DNA from: Podarcis vaucheri | Taxonomy: Eukaryota | Reading direction: 5' to 3' (one strand) | NCBI GenBank assembly: GCA_965113315.1 | Contig: OZ220373.1 | Length of the DNA: 64,000 nucleotides | Shown: positions 1 to 11,337 of the stretch, piece by piece | How positions within the stretch are numbered: the first letter of the stretch is position 1 | Layout of the letters: each line of letters starts with the position of its first letter | Translations under genes and position numbers: made by a program | Notes under the pieces: generated by a model | Databases searched by the model: none | Seen by the model: the letters and a program-made list of their open reading frames with translations, nothing else | Told to the model about the DNA's origin: nothing

Positions 1-110
1 TACCCTATTCAGGACCAGGGAGTCCTCCACACCAGCCCGCCCCCTGTCCCCCAAAAACAGTACTTCTGTCTTGTCAGGATTCAACTTCAATCCATTAGCC
101 GCCATCCATT
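1..110 (-). mobile_element. L2-type LINE RT fragment (runs off the window start)
   Basis: The reverse strand reads WMAANGLKLNPDKTEVL, the same L2 RT motif as in the 45374-46411 ORF (WLRGSRLKLNPSKTEVL). Confidence 0.55.
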
Positions 111-124
111 TAAGGATTTTTTTA

Positions 125-320
125 ACGGTAAGAGCTGTTTGACAGTGGAACGAACTGCCTCAAGAGATGACAGGCTCTCCATCTCTAGGGGTATTTAACA
201 GAGAATGGGAGGCCATTCTCAGAGTTCATGCAGTTGCATTCTGTACTGCAGGTCATGCACTGAGAAGGGTGTTTTGACTAGATGCCTTCCAGGCTCCCTC
301 CCAACTCTTTGATTCTATGA
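125..320 (+). mobile_element. CR1 LINE 3' end fragment
   Basis: CR1-like end of ORF2 (TVRAV*QWNELP) followed by the CR1 terminal motif ...gattctatga. Confidence 0.6.
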
Positions 321-1123
321 CTGAAGCTGTATGCTTCAGCAAGGGCAGAAAAAGTTAGGGCAAACAAGCAAGGGAAAAGCAATAGCGACCAGGCAGGATG
401 CAAGTCCGACAAGAACCTAGGAAAGACTTGGAAATGGTCAGGGGAGACCAAGTCATAAGAGACTGAGGGAGAAACAAGAAGGTTCAAAGATACACTCAAT
501 GTGAAGCACAAAGTGAAGGACAGCCAACAAGTTCTTTGCAGCAGCAACAACCTTTCCGTGATTTATTTTATAGGAACTATTGTGAAAATGGAGTGAAAGG
601 AAGCACAGAATCTCATGGGCAAAACTACAGGTTGTGTGGTCCAGTGCTTTCTTTTAAAAATTAAAGCTGCTTCAGGAAGTGGAAAATTCAGTGTCAAGGA
701 AGGGGGTGCTTAATCCTTTTTCTCCTGGTTTTCTGCTGTTCAAAATACACACACTTCTCCAAGCAAGCACCACCAATATTTTGGCATTATGTTAAAGTCT
801 GGCTTGCTTGCATTTCAAAAAATGCTCCAAATCTGAAGATTAAAAGATGGAAGCTACATGGTGTGCTTTGCAACCGAAATGAGATTTGAACTCATGCCTT
901 AGTTCTGATCTATCCATCCTTGCTGCAACTGGGTTCAGTGATGCCTGACAGACTGATGCAAAGTGCAGACAACTGCGATTACAAATGACACTTCATCCAG
1001 ATCAGAGAAAAGGTAGAAACTCAGGCCTCAGGGGTGTTCATGTGAGAGGGGAAGGTGAAAGCTTCACCCTAGGGACTGGCAACTATATATAGAGCAAAGG
1101 CCCACTCTTGCCACTTTCATGGA

Positions 1124-1571
1124 TGTCAGGGAACTGACATTGGCTCAGAGGCGAGAAATAGAAGGGCAGTTGTGTTACAGGGAGCCTCTGAAAATCTTGC
1201 GAAGCAGTTCCTCTTCCGGGGAGGAGGAGAGCCCCACCTCCAGTGGGGAAGAGGTGCAAGGACCAGAGGATGCTAGTTAGAGTCTTAACACCGCTCCTGA
1301 GCAAGCCGGACAGGAGGGAAACACGCCCTTGCCATCGCGCATCCTGTGCAGTAGTCTGAGGTGCAGAGAGGGGAGGAGACGGTTGGGGGTAGCGAAACTT
1401 TTATGCTGGGGGAGGTACAAAAAAAGACCACTCCCGGATTCTGTTAGCGTTTGAGCCAGACATGAGCTTTGGGGCTCTTCACTGTAAATAGTTTGCACCA
1501 AAATAAAGCCTGTAAAACACAGGTCGCAGTCCTGCCTGGTTACTCTTGAGCAACTGCAACAGCACCCGACA
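1124..1571 (+). mobile_element. Probable solo LTR (Gypsy-like), degenerate
   Basis: Begins TGTCAGGG and ends cccGACA, with AATAAA at ~1502. Same terminal motif as the nested LTR at 39520-39918. No clean TSD. Confidence 0.5.
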
Positions 1572-2840
1572 ACTCCCATCCCCGGTTTCCACCCTTGTCC
1601 AGTGTCAGCCAAACCCCTGTAGCTTAAATGCTCCTTAAAATAAAACACTGCTTCTAATGGGACACCTGTCCTGGATTAGCTACAATAAATCAATATCTGT
1701 ATTTATTTCAGCTCCTCTAGGGAGATGGACGAGAAACATTTTTTAAATAACTCAAGAGCTTGCTTGAGTGGCACTAAGTGTGAAAGGCAGGAGAAACCAG
1801 AAGAGACCTGACTCTATGGGCTTTACAGGTCCCCAAGGGGCTGGTGTTTGATATGATCTTGATCTCCAGCCTTCATGCCACATTATGAAAATTAGTAAGT
1901 GTGAAAAATCAGGGGTGACACCAGAAAAATATACATATGGGGCTGGGCATAGGGATGGTGGGCAGAAAGAGGAAAGTACATTTTGGTAGAGAGGTTTTTT
2001 TTTTTTAACAATTGCTTCATTTCTGAAAGAGAAATAAAGCTATAATATATTAAGGTTACATTGGATAATACATAAAGGATAATACATGACTGTGATCTTG
2101 GATTAAGTAAGTAAAGCTATTTTAAACTTACTTCAGAGTGTGATCTGTTTCATTGCATGTGGGTAGAAGGGGGGGGGGGAGGGCAAGCTGTCTCAAGCAG
2201 TTGGTGTGGAATGAATGAAGGTTTAATATCCTATTCCTTGAATCAGGTAGTCATTCAAACAGATGAGTCTTTCAGTAGAAAATTGTTCTCTACAAAACAG
2301 GACACACATCCACTTCTTCCACCACAGAACAACCGTTTCTGACTGCGTGAACATGTGACGTAGCCTTGTTCCACTCATTATTTCATTTTCTTAAAAGAGC
2401 AGTTCTCAATATCTATTTCTTGGCACACTTGTGGAAGCTGGGCATATACCCAACATGAGATTATCTCAAACAAATATGGTCAAAACCACTTTTGAGTGAA
2501 GCAGAATGGAGAGTGGGATACATATCCTTTTCAGTGAGAAAAAGGTGTTTGCGTGTTCATCCTTTTCTGCTTCCTTGCAACTCCCTCACATTGTGACCAG
2601 CAGAGACCAGCTGTATCTAGAGAGCAATAGCACCTCAAAGGATGTCTGAAAGCAGTCAAAATGAGCTTGCAACAAGGTTGAAGATCACAGCATGACTAGC
2701 CTAACAATAACAAATGCTGCATTTTATTGGGGGGGTGTTCTTGTTCTTCTCTTGAATATGCATTTTGCGGTTTTATATTGTGGTTTTATCCTGTGAACTG
2801 CCCTGAGACCTGCAGGTATAGGGCATTCATTCATTCATTC

Positions 2841-3211
2841 TGATATATACTCAAGAGTCGCAAAGTGATTTCATGCTCTTTATTCAGCTCATAGTGGTGA
2901 GGAGGAATGAATGAAAGTCCCCTCAAAGTATCTGCTTTATATACATTATTTACACAATGGGCTGCACATGATTGGCTAATTCTGGAATTCTACTGTAAGC
3001 CAATCAGGTTGTGGATTCACTTATATCTGGAGCATGATTGGGTGGTTCCTGCCAACCAATCATACTGCTGCATTGTTCTAGGACCAATTAGACTGCTGCA
3101 TTCTGAATCCTATTGTTCTAGGACCAATCAGACTGCTGCAATTTGGTTCCTATTGTTCTAGGACCAATCAGACTGCTTCAGTTTGGATCCTATTCAACTC
3201 AGTACATAACA
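2841..3211 (-). mobile_element. Solo LTR (371 bp) with internal CCAAT tandem repeats
   Basis: TG...CA termini, 5-bp TSD CATTC (2836-2840 and 3212-3216), minus-strand AATAAA at 2879-2884, repeated units of ttgttctaggaccaatcagactgctgca. Confidence 0.75.
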
Positions 3212-3496
3212 CATTCTCAATAATAATGTAAAATAGTAAAATTCTTGACAAAAGATTTTGGGATTAATAAAGCAATAATTAAATTCTTTATGAATGTTCC
3301 GTCTGACAGCTGTTTGTTCAGTTGCCCAAAATGATGTATTTGATTCCTTGAAGACAGCTGCCCTGGCTTCTGTCTTAACAGCTATCCCACTTTCTTTCAT
3401 AATTAAAATTCTTCTTCCTTCCTTGTCCTCATCTAACCCTCTTCTCACTCCAGTCTTCACAGGGTCCCATTGAATTACTGAAGGCTGCCTTTTTGA

Positions 3497-3752
3497 TTGG
3501 TTAGAAGGACAGATCCTGAAGCTGAGGCTCCAATACTTTGGCCACCTCATGAGAAGAGAAGACTCCCTGGAATAGACCGGCACAAGGAGAAGGGGATGAC
3601 AGAGGATGAGATAGTTGGACATTGTTCTCGAAGCTACGAACATGAGTTTGACCAAGCTGCGGGAGGCCGTGAAAGACAGGAGTGCCTGGCGTGCTCTGGT
3701 CCATGGGGTCACGAAGAGTTGGACATGACTAAACGACTAAACAACAACAACA
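3497..3752 (+). mobile_element. BovB (RTE clade) LINE 3' fragment
   Basis: Encodes LKLRLQYFGHLMRREDSLE, typical of the BovB C-terminus, and ends in a (CAA)n tail. Confidence 0.85.
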
Positions 3753-3838
3753 TTGGAGACAGTCTGCCAGTCCTTAATTTGGTTCGATCTCAATTTCCCC
3801 CCCCAAGGGGTTAATCAAAAAATATTTGATGTTTTCTC

Positions 3839-6800
3839 TCTTTTTTTAAAATTTTTATTAAACTTTATTACAAACGCATAGACTTACACATACAAAGAAG
3901 AAATTTATACAATAAAAAAAACACGAAACAAACAACAAGCTAAAACACATACATCTAAAGGAAAAAAAAAACAACAAAGAAAAAAATTCCAATCACACCC
4001 TTACACACTTTGACTTCCATTAACCTCAGCTTTGGATTAAGTGTTCTACATAAATCTTCTGCAGTTATTTTCGTTTATCTTTACATGTCGTAGGAGTTAA
4101 ACATCGTCTACTGTTAAATTGTTAATTCCCAAGTTGGTCTCAAGGTAACTTAAGAATTTGGACCAGTCTTCTATCTTTTTAATGGGGTTATCCCGCCTAA
4201 TATATTGTGTGAGTCTCGCCAATTCCAAATATTGATACAATTTCACCTGCCACTCTCTCATTGTTGGTATTTCGGAGGATTTCCATTTCTTAGCTATTAG
4301 AATCCTCGCAGCAGTGATGGCGTACTGGAAGAAGGTCTGATCCGTCTTTTTTATTTCCTCCCCAATCATCCCTAAGAGGAACGCTTCCGGTTTCTTGGGA
4401 AAATTGTACTTCAAAATTTTCTTTAGCTCCTCGTAAATTTGTCCCCAGAAACCCTTCACTTCCTCACAGGTCCACCAAATATGAAGGAAGGTCCCCACCT
4501 TATCTTTACACCTCCAGCAAGTGTTGTCTGCTGTTCTATACATTCTCCCTAGTCTGGCCGGGGTCAGGTACCAACGGTACATCATCTTATAAAGATTCTC
4601 ACGTAAGTCAGCACACACAGTAAATCTCATACCTTTCTTCCACAAAATTTGCCATTTGTCATAGCCTAGTTCATATCCTAGATCTTTGTTCCATTTAACC
4701 ATTACCTCTTTAATCAACTCTTCCTTATTTTCACTTTCCAGCAGTTGCCTGTACATTTTAGATAATAGTTTGTTATTACTCTCCATAATCTCCACTTGAA
4801 ATCTAGATTTATTTTCTCCCATACCTATTCTCTTATGCTCCCTCCATAGTGCACAAATTTGGTGCAGGTGAAACCAATCCTTAATTTTCTCTTTCAGTTC
4901 ATCCTGCGATCTTAATTTCCACCCTTCTTCTGACTTAATTAATAGATCCTCATACGTCCACCTTTTACCTATCATATTTAGTTTCTTTATTTTGATGATG
5001 TCCACAGGTGAGAGCCACCGAGGGATACTTTGTTCAATCACATTTTTCTTCCTGTTCCAAACTTCTAAGAGTGATCCTCTAACTATATGATTATAAAAAC
5101 CTCTATGGACTTTATCTTTTCCCTGCCAGAGGTAGGCATGCCACCCGAATCTTAAATCAAATCCTTCCAGATCTAATAAATCAGTATCTTTCAGGGTGGC
5201 CCATTCTTTTATCCAGAGTAGGCATGCCGCCTCATAGTAAAGCCTTAAATTTGGTACACCAAAGCCCCCTCTTTCCCTAGAGTCCGTCAAATATTTAAGT
5301 TTCACCCTAGGTTTCTTCTCCTGCCAAATATATTTGGTCAAAGTCCTTTGCCAATTTTTAAGGCAGGTGGTACCTTTTATAACTGGTAGGTTCTGGAACA
5401 GGAATAACAGTCTCGGGAGGATACACATCTTAATCGATGCCATCCTCCCTGTCCAGGATAGGTTCAGTCTACGCCAGGTGTCCATATCTTTCTTAATTTC
5501 CTTCCACAATTTATTATAATTGTCCTCTACCAAGTTAATATTCTTTGGAGACAACCAAATTCCCAAATATTTCACCTTATTTACTGCTTTAATATCCACC
5601 TGTTGTTCCAGCTGTAATCTCTCCTGTGCTGTCAAGTTCTTTGTCAGTATTTTGGTTTTTCCCCTATTTAACTTGAATCCGGATAATTTACCGAACTCTT
5701 CCAAGAGTTCTATCGCTCTGCTAGTGCTTTCAATTGGGTTCTCAAAAAAAAAGACCAGATCGTCAGCGTAAGCTTTTAATTTGTATTCTTTCTCTCCAAT
5801 TCTTAGTCCCCTGATGTTCGGAGTCGCTCTTATTTTATTTGCGGCTGTTTCCAACACCAAAATAAACAATAAAGGTGACAGAGGGCAACCCTGCCTTGTA
5901 CCTTTCATAATCGGAAAGTATTTAGTCAAATTATTATTAATAATCAGCCTAGCCTGCTGCTCTGTGTAGATCGCCTTGATGCCCTTCAGATAGGGGCCCC
6001 CTATTCCCACCTTGTCAAGATTTTGTAGCAGAAATTCCCAGGAAACACGGTCGAAAGCTTTTTCTGCATCAACAAAAATAAGGGCCGCTGGCACATCTGG
6101 TCTTGCCTCCAAATACTCCATAATGTCTAATACATGCCGGACGTTATCCCTTAATTGCCTACCTGGGAGGAATCCCACTTGATCTCTATGTATGTATCTA
6201 TTTAATAATTTTTTAAGTCTGCCGGCCATGATATCTGCAAAAATCTTGTAGTCACAATTTAAGAGTGAAATTGGCCTGTAGTTTTTTATATCTGTCTTTT
6301 CATTTTCAGTCTTGGGGACTAACGTAATGTACGCCTCCTTCCAGGAGCTGGGTATCCTCCCTTCTTCAAGAGTATTATTTATTACCTCTGTTAAAGCCGG
6401 CGCTAACAGGTCTACCAATTTTTTGTAGTATATTGCAGGCAGACCGTCCGGACCAGGGGACTTCCCATTCTTCATCTTATTAATAGCATCCCGGACCTCT
6501 TTTACAGACACCACATTGTTTAATTGTATACAATCCTCTTCTGTAAAAAATTTCCTTTCTTCTTGGTCTAAATAGTTCTCTATTTCTGCACTGCACTCTT
6601 CTCCTTTTTCATACAGCTTTTCAAAAAAAGTAACAAACCTGTTTTCAATTTCCACTGGGTCTTCTATCACTCTCTCATCTACAATAAGTTTATTAATCGC
6701 ATTTTGTTTCTTTCTTTTCCTAAGCTGCCATGCAAGTAGCTTCCCCATTTTATTGGCCGACTCGAAATATTTCTGTCTTGTAAATTTAATTTTCTGTTCT

Positions 6801-7225
6801 ACCTCTTGATTCAAAATAGCTGAGTATTGGGACTGCAGCACCTTCGCCGCTTGATTAGTCATTTCATCTGTCGGATTAAGAGCCAGTTTCCTTTCATAGT
6901 CCCTCAATTGGGCCAAAATGCCTTCCTTCTTTTTCTCCCTTAGCTTCTTTCTATAGCTATTTTGCTGTATTAAGAAGCCCCTTAAGACAGCCTTACCGGC
7001 ATCCCATACCAACTCTATTGGGGTGTCTCTATTCAAGTTTGTCTCCAAATACTCTCTCAAGGTTTTTTTGGCCATGTCCAATACTTCCTCATTCTCGAAT
7101 AGATATTCATTCATCCTCCACCTGGGCTGCCCTTTCCGTTCGTTTTTTATTTCCAGGGTCAGGGGGCAGTGATCTGACAGGGTCCTGGGTAATATCTCAC
7201 ATCTCTTAACTCTCCATACCATAGC
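3839..7225 (-). mobile_element. 5'-truncated L1-clade LINE, young copy
   Basis: 13-bp TSD TTGATGTTTTCTC (3826-3838 and 7226-7238), minus-strand AATAAA (3854-3859) and short poly(A) (3841-3847), uninterrupted ORF2. Confidence 0.95.
4097..7225 (-). CDS. L1 ORF2 remnant: end of the APE endonuclease, full RT and CCHC knuckle; ~1040 codons without a stop
   Basis: SDHCP (end of EN), KSPGPDG, YRPISLLN, DAEKAFD, QGCPLSPLLF, AYADD, CWRC...HIWWTC. Most of the endonuclease is lost to the truncation. Confidence 0.9.
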   Translation of the reverse strand, partial: AMVWRVKRCEILPRTLSDHCPLTLEIKNERKGQPRWRMNEYLFENEEVLDMAKKTLREYLETNLNRDTPIELVWDAGKAVLRGFLIQQNSYRKKLREKKKEGILAQLRDYERKLALNPTDEMTNQAAKVLQSQYSAILNQEVEQKIKFTRQKYFESANKMGKLLAWQLRKRKKQNAINKLIVDERVIEDPVEIENRFVTFFEKLYEKGEECSAEIENYLDQEERKFFTEEDCIQLNNVVSVKEVRDAINKMKNGKSPGPDGLPAIYYKKLVDLLAPALTEVINNTLEEGRIPSSWKEAYITLVPKTENEKTDIKNYRPISLLNCDYKIFADIMAGRLKKLLNRYIHRDQVGFLPGRQLRDNVRHVLDIMEYLEARPDVPAALIFVDAEKAFDRVSWEFLLQNLDKVGIGGPYLKGIKAIYTEQQARLIINNNLTKYFPIMKGTRQGCPLSPLLFILVLETAANKIRATPNIRGLRIGEKEYKLKAYADDLVFFFENPIESTSRAIELLEEFGKLSGFKLNRGKTKILTKNLTAQERLQLEQQVDIKAVNKVKYLGIWLSPKNINLVEDNYNKLWKEIKKDMDTWRRLNLSWTGRMASIKMCILPRLLFLFQNLPVIKGTTCLKNWQRTLTKYIWQEKKPRVKLKYLTDSRERGGFGVPNLRLYYEAACLLWIKEWATLKDTDLLDLEGFDLRFGWHAYLWQGKDKVHRGFYNHIVRGSLLEVWNRKKNVIEQSIPRWLSPVDIIKIKKLNMIGKRWTYEDLLIKSEEGWKLRSQDELKEKIKDWFHLHQICALWREHKRIGMGENKSRFQVEIMESNNKLLSKMYRQLLESENKEELIKEVMVKWNKDLGYELGYDKWQILWKKGMRFTVCADLRENLYKMMYRWYLTPARLGRMYRTADNTCWRCKDKVGTFLHIWWTCEEVKGFWGQIYEELKKILKYNFPKKPEAFLLGMIGEEIKKTDQTFFQYAITAARILIAKKWKSSEIPTMREWQVKLYQYLELARLTQYIRRDNPIKKIEDWSKFLSYLETNLGINNLTVDDV

Positions 7226-8933
7226 TTGATGTTTTCTCAACCCCCTAGAAAAATAAGGCCACGGTACAAGCTTTTCTTTATGTACCTGTGGAATCAGTGG
7301 AGAAGTCTGGTTCATTTGGGCAAGTGGGACACAGTCCCACCAAACACAGTCTGCCCTCAGCCAGCCTCCACCTCCCTGCCTCCTTCCTTACAGCTGGCTG
7401 TGTCCTGGCTGTGGCTACCAGCCTCCTTCTCTCCCCCCCCCCCATTCTCAGTGTTGCTTTTGTGGAATTCAACAGAGTAGGATGGGGATGGAACCAGAAT
7501 TAGTTGGCTTTGTCTACTACTAGCCCTGATTCCGTCTGCAACCAGCTCTGGCTGCACCTACTGTTGGACTTCTTGCCTCCCACTCAACCAATCCCAATGA
7601 GACCCAGCCTTCATGGTATGGTGTTAACCCATTGATTACCTTGGCAAGTGATAAATGCAATCATCAGAAAGCAACTGGGGCCACCCTGAGGACAAGAGGA
7701 ACTGAAGCCATTGGTTGGGGACAGTGATGTTTTTAAAACTACACAGTGAAGCAGCATGTGACCTGAGGTGCACTCCAAAATCATTTGCAAGTCACATGGG
7801 ATCTCAAGGAACAGCTCTCACACTGTGCACAGCTCTATGCAATCCAAGACTTGATCTGGTATATTCTGCAACATTATAAATTGGTATATTCTGCAACATT
7901 ATAAGGCATTTTAAGCATGCTCCTAGATCATGTGGTGTACATAACTGGGGTGACAAAGGCATCTGATTTGGTCCTAAAAATGACAAACAGTGACCCACTT
8001 TTAAATACCTTGGTACACTAAAGCCCTGTCCAGGCATTTGTAATGGGTACACTTGGTACACTAAATTCAAGCATTATTAAAATGTGTAAGCTACCACAGA
8101 GGGGCAGTGAGGACAAGTTCTTCAAATCAAAATGAGCAGGAAGTCTCAATGGATGTAAGAGACTGTAAACTCACATAAGGCAACAAAAGTGGACACAGAG
8201 GGGGGAAAGCCAGTGTGTTCATCCCCACTGCCTCCCCCATGGGACCTTACATGTCTTAATAATGCTTGTGATGACATATTATAATATCAAAGGCTTCAGT
8301 TTTCAAATTAGAGGTACATAACAATGAGCTGGCTGTGGAAATGCATCCACATGGTGGTTTAGTCAGATGTGCAGTCTTCTTCTCAAGCGTAAAGCTCAGG
8401 AAAAGCCTGTTTCTTTCCCATGTAACCAATAAGGCTGTGCACAGCATGGATTGGCTGGTGCTTATGACATCCCCAAACTACTTCCCCACCCTCCTTTGAG
8501 CAGTTTTTCTAACAATGGTGGCTTTTCCAATAAAGCAGGAAATATTGCCTTTTTAAAGAGAGAGGGCGAGAGAGACAGGCAGCTTGCCTTAAGCACCAGA
8601 GTTGGAGTGTCAGGGAAAACTAAGCATTGGATTTAGAGCAAGTGCACTTGTTATTTGTGGGGCTGAGCCACTCCCAGGGCCAGCCAGTTCATGAGGCAGG
8701 GTGAAACAGCCACCTCAAGCAGCACCCCAGTGCTAGCTTCTGATGAGATCTCACGGAGTGCACAAAATCTGGTGAGAGTTCTAACAAGATCTCACCAGAA
8801 CCCACAATCACTGCCACTGCTGCACAACCTGGGTAAGGGTGGCAGAGCGGAGCAGCACATTTGCCTCAGGCAGAGAAATGGGATGCACGACCCCTGCTCA
8901 CGCCACAGCAGAAAACCCTACTGCGATAAGCCT

Positions 8934-9079
8934 GGATAGCTCAATTGGTTAGAGCATGGTGCTGATCATTTCAAGGTTGCAAGTTCAAACCCTGTATGGG
9001 ACAGCTGCATACAGCTGAATTGCAGGGGGTTGGACTAGATGATCCTCAGGGTCCCTTCTACAACTCTACAATTCTATGA
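8934..9079 (+). mobile_element. tRNA-headed SINE with CR1-like tail (Squam3-like)
   Basis: A box tagctcaattggttagagc, B box gttcaaacc, tail ggttggactagatgatcctcagggtccc...attctatga. Confidence 0.7.
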
Positions 9080-9161
9080 TCTTTATTTGCAAGTATATCT
9101 GTACGCACCATTTCCTTGGGACAAAGTCTTGGAAAAAACTTCAAAAAAGTTATTCAGCTTG

Positions 9162-9650
9162 CCGTATTTTTCTGTGTATAAGATGATGCTTTTTGCTAAA
9201 AAAAAACCTGCAAAAATTGGGTGTCGTCTTATACAGTATGCAGATAGTGAATGCAGAGGGGGGACATGCGATTAATGGCAGCAGCAAGTAGGAGATTGGC
9301 AGTGGCGATTAGGCGGGTGATTAGTGGCTGCGGCAAGACCTGCTGCCGATTGGCTGTGGCAATTGGGCAGGCGACTGGCAGTTGTGGTGAGGCGGGCAGG
9401 TGATTGAAGACTGCGGCAAGTGGGCGGGTGGGCTGTTGGTGGCAAGCGGGCAGATAATTGGCAGCTGCAGCGAGGAGTGCGGTGGGCAGTGGCTGTGGCA
9501 AGTGACTGGCAGTGGCGGGCAGGCGGGTGAGCAATTGGTGGAAGTGACCTCCCCAACCACCTTCAAAAAGCTAAACAACTTAATTTTTAATTTTGGATTA
9601 AAAAAAATAGGGGTCGTCTTACACATGGGAGCATCTTATACACGGAAAAT
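9162..9650. mobile_element. Non-autonomous Tc1/pogo-like DNA transposon (CCGTA-type ends) with a GC-rich internal repeat
   Basis: Left end ccgtatttttctgtgtataagatg, inverted right end catcttatacacggaaaat. Confidence 0.6.
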
Positions 9651-10955
9651 TGCTTTGGTATTATGCCTTTTGAAGCTGTGCCTACATGCAAACACAAATG
9701 AATTCTCAGTGAACTTCAATGGACTAACACTTATTATAAAAAGTTAAGGTACACAAATAGCCTATGTGGGTGTTTTGTTGTGTCCCAGAAACTTGTCCAA
9801 TGGCCAGTTCCCTCTGCATTTCAGTGACACCAATGACCTTTGGCAAGTTTGAGAAATGGCACTTTGTCATGTTAGGCCTGTCATTAACATTACTCTGAAC
9901 TGGCGACATAGAGTGGGTATATGGTTGATGCTCTCCCAGCAATGCAAATATGTTATGATTCTGAAGCATGCTAGTTTCAGAAGCGCTATCCAATGACTTA
10001 CTTAAAGCTAGCACCATTGGCTTTTAGGATCTGTGAACATGTGAAGTGCTCTTAAGCATTCAAAAGCATTTCTGTTTTTAGCTGCAGTTTTATGGGATTT
10101 ACAGTTGGCTGCATGTTTTAGACTGTATTTTTAGAGCTTATAGTTGCATCTTTTTATTTTAACAAAAAGACAGAAATTTGTGAATTACATCTGTGCAGTG
10201 CACAAATGGAGATATTAAAAAGGCTGCATTTTTTGTGGCCTGTTGAAAGCCATGTGAAAGCTGAAAGTTTGTTTCTGTCTCTTCAACAAGTTGACACTGT
10301 TTATTTTGTCATTTGTTTCTTTGCCAGTGAGCCATATAGTAAGGATGTTCCAAACAATGACCCAGGTTGCACATCACATTAAGTCATAGTTTAAAATATG
10401 CTTCTGCATACTCCTCAAAGTTCCAGGAATGCTCCTCCCTTGGTTTGCCATGTCTTCCAAGATTACGCTCCCAAAGAAAGCACAATCAGTAGCCAATAAT
10501 TGTTCTTGGTTTATCACACACAGTTTCGGGAAATCTAACCACAAGCCCATGTTCAGCTGACAGAACAAGCCAGGCTTTTGTCAGTAGCAGGGACAGATGG
10601 AAACAGAGAACTTTTGAGCAGTGTGGACATTCACATTAAAGTATAGTTTGTTTTAAAAAATGGTAAAGTTTAACTGAGCAGCTGTGGGAGGGAACAAAGA
10701 GATATCAGTTCCTGATTGTTTTACAATTAGTTGTTGTTGCTGCTGCTGCTGCTGTTGTTGTTGTTTATATACCACCCTATACCTGGGGGTCTCATTGTAC
10801 TAGATCCACAATGGCTATGCTCACATTTCCCAAGTAAGACAGGGTTGCTGTCTTATTGAAGTTTTTCAGGTATGAGCTACTGCATGCTGTCAGTCACTCC
10901 CACTTCACTCCTCCTATGGCATGGGCAGGAAAACCAAACCATGAAATAACAATTG

Positions 10956-11337
10956 CCACATTTTTTTGTGTATAACACGGCCCCTATTTTTGGGGACTCC
11001 AATTTTAGAAAATGGGGGGAGATGTCCCAGAGTTTTTGAGCTTTTTTTTGGGGGGGTGCTCAGAGTTGTTGAGCTTTTTGAGGGTGGGAATTGCTAAATA
11101 CCAGTCACCCGCACTAGCGTCTGCCCGCTCGCCAACAGCAGCCGGCAATCGGACACAGCGACAGCCTATCCAAACCAGCCTGTGACGTAGCAACCAATCA
11201 CCCACCGAATCACTGCTGATAAGCTCCTGATTCAACCAATCACACAACCCCTCTCTGCACTTCCCATGTATAAGACGACCCCAGATTTTCAACATTTTAG
11301 AGTTAAAAAGCCTCGTCTTATACATGGAAAAGTACGG
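10956..11337. mobile_element. Non-autonomous Tc1/pogo-like DNA transposon related to 9162-9650
   Basis: Right end cgtcttatacatggaaaagtacgg+TA, degenerate left end ccacatttttttgtgtataa. Confidence 0.6.

Noticed and set aside
2990-3195. CRISPR-like repeat array
   Set aside because: This is vertebrate DNA, and the units are tandem duplications without unique spacers, inside an LTR
4097-7315. A 1072-aa ORF as a host gene or autonomous LINE
   Set aside because: It is bounded by a TSD and poly(A) and lacks ORF1, a promoter and most of the endonuclease
8934-9005. tRNA gene
   Set aside because: It is the degenerate tRNA-derived head of a SINE, joined to a CR1-like tail
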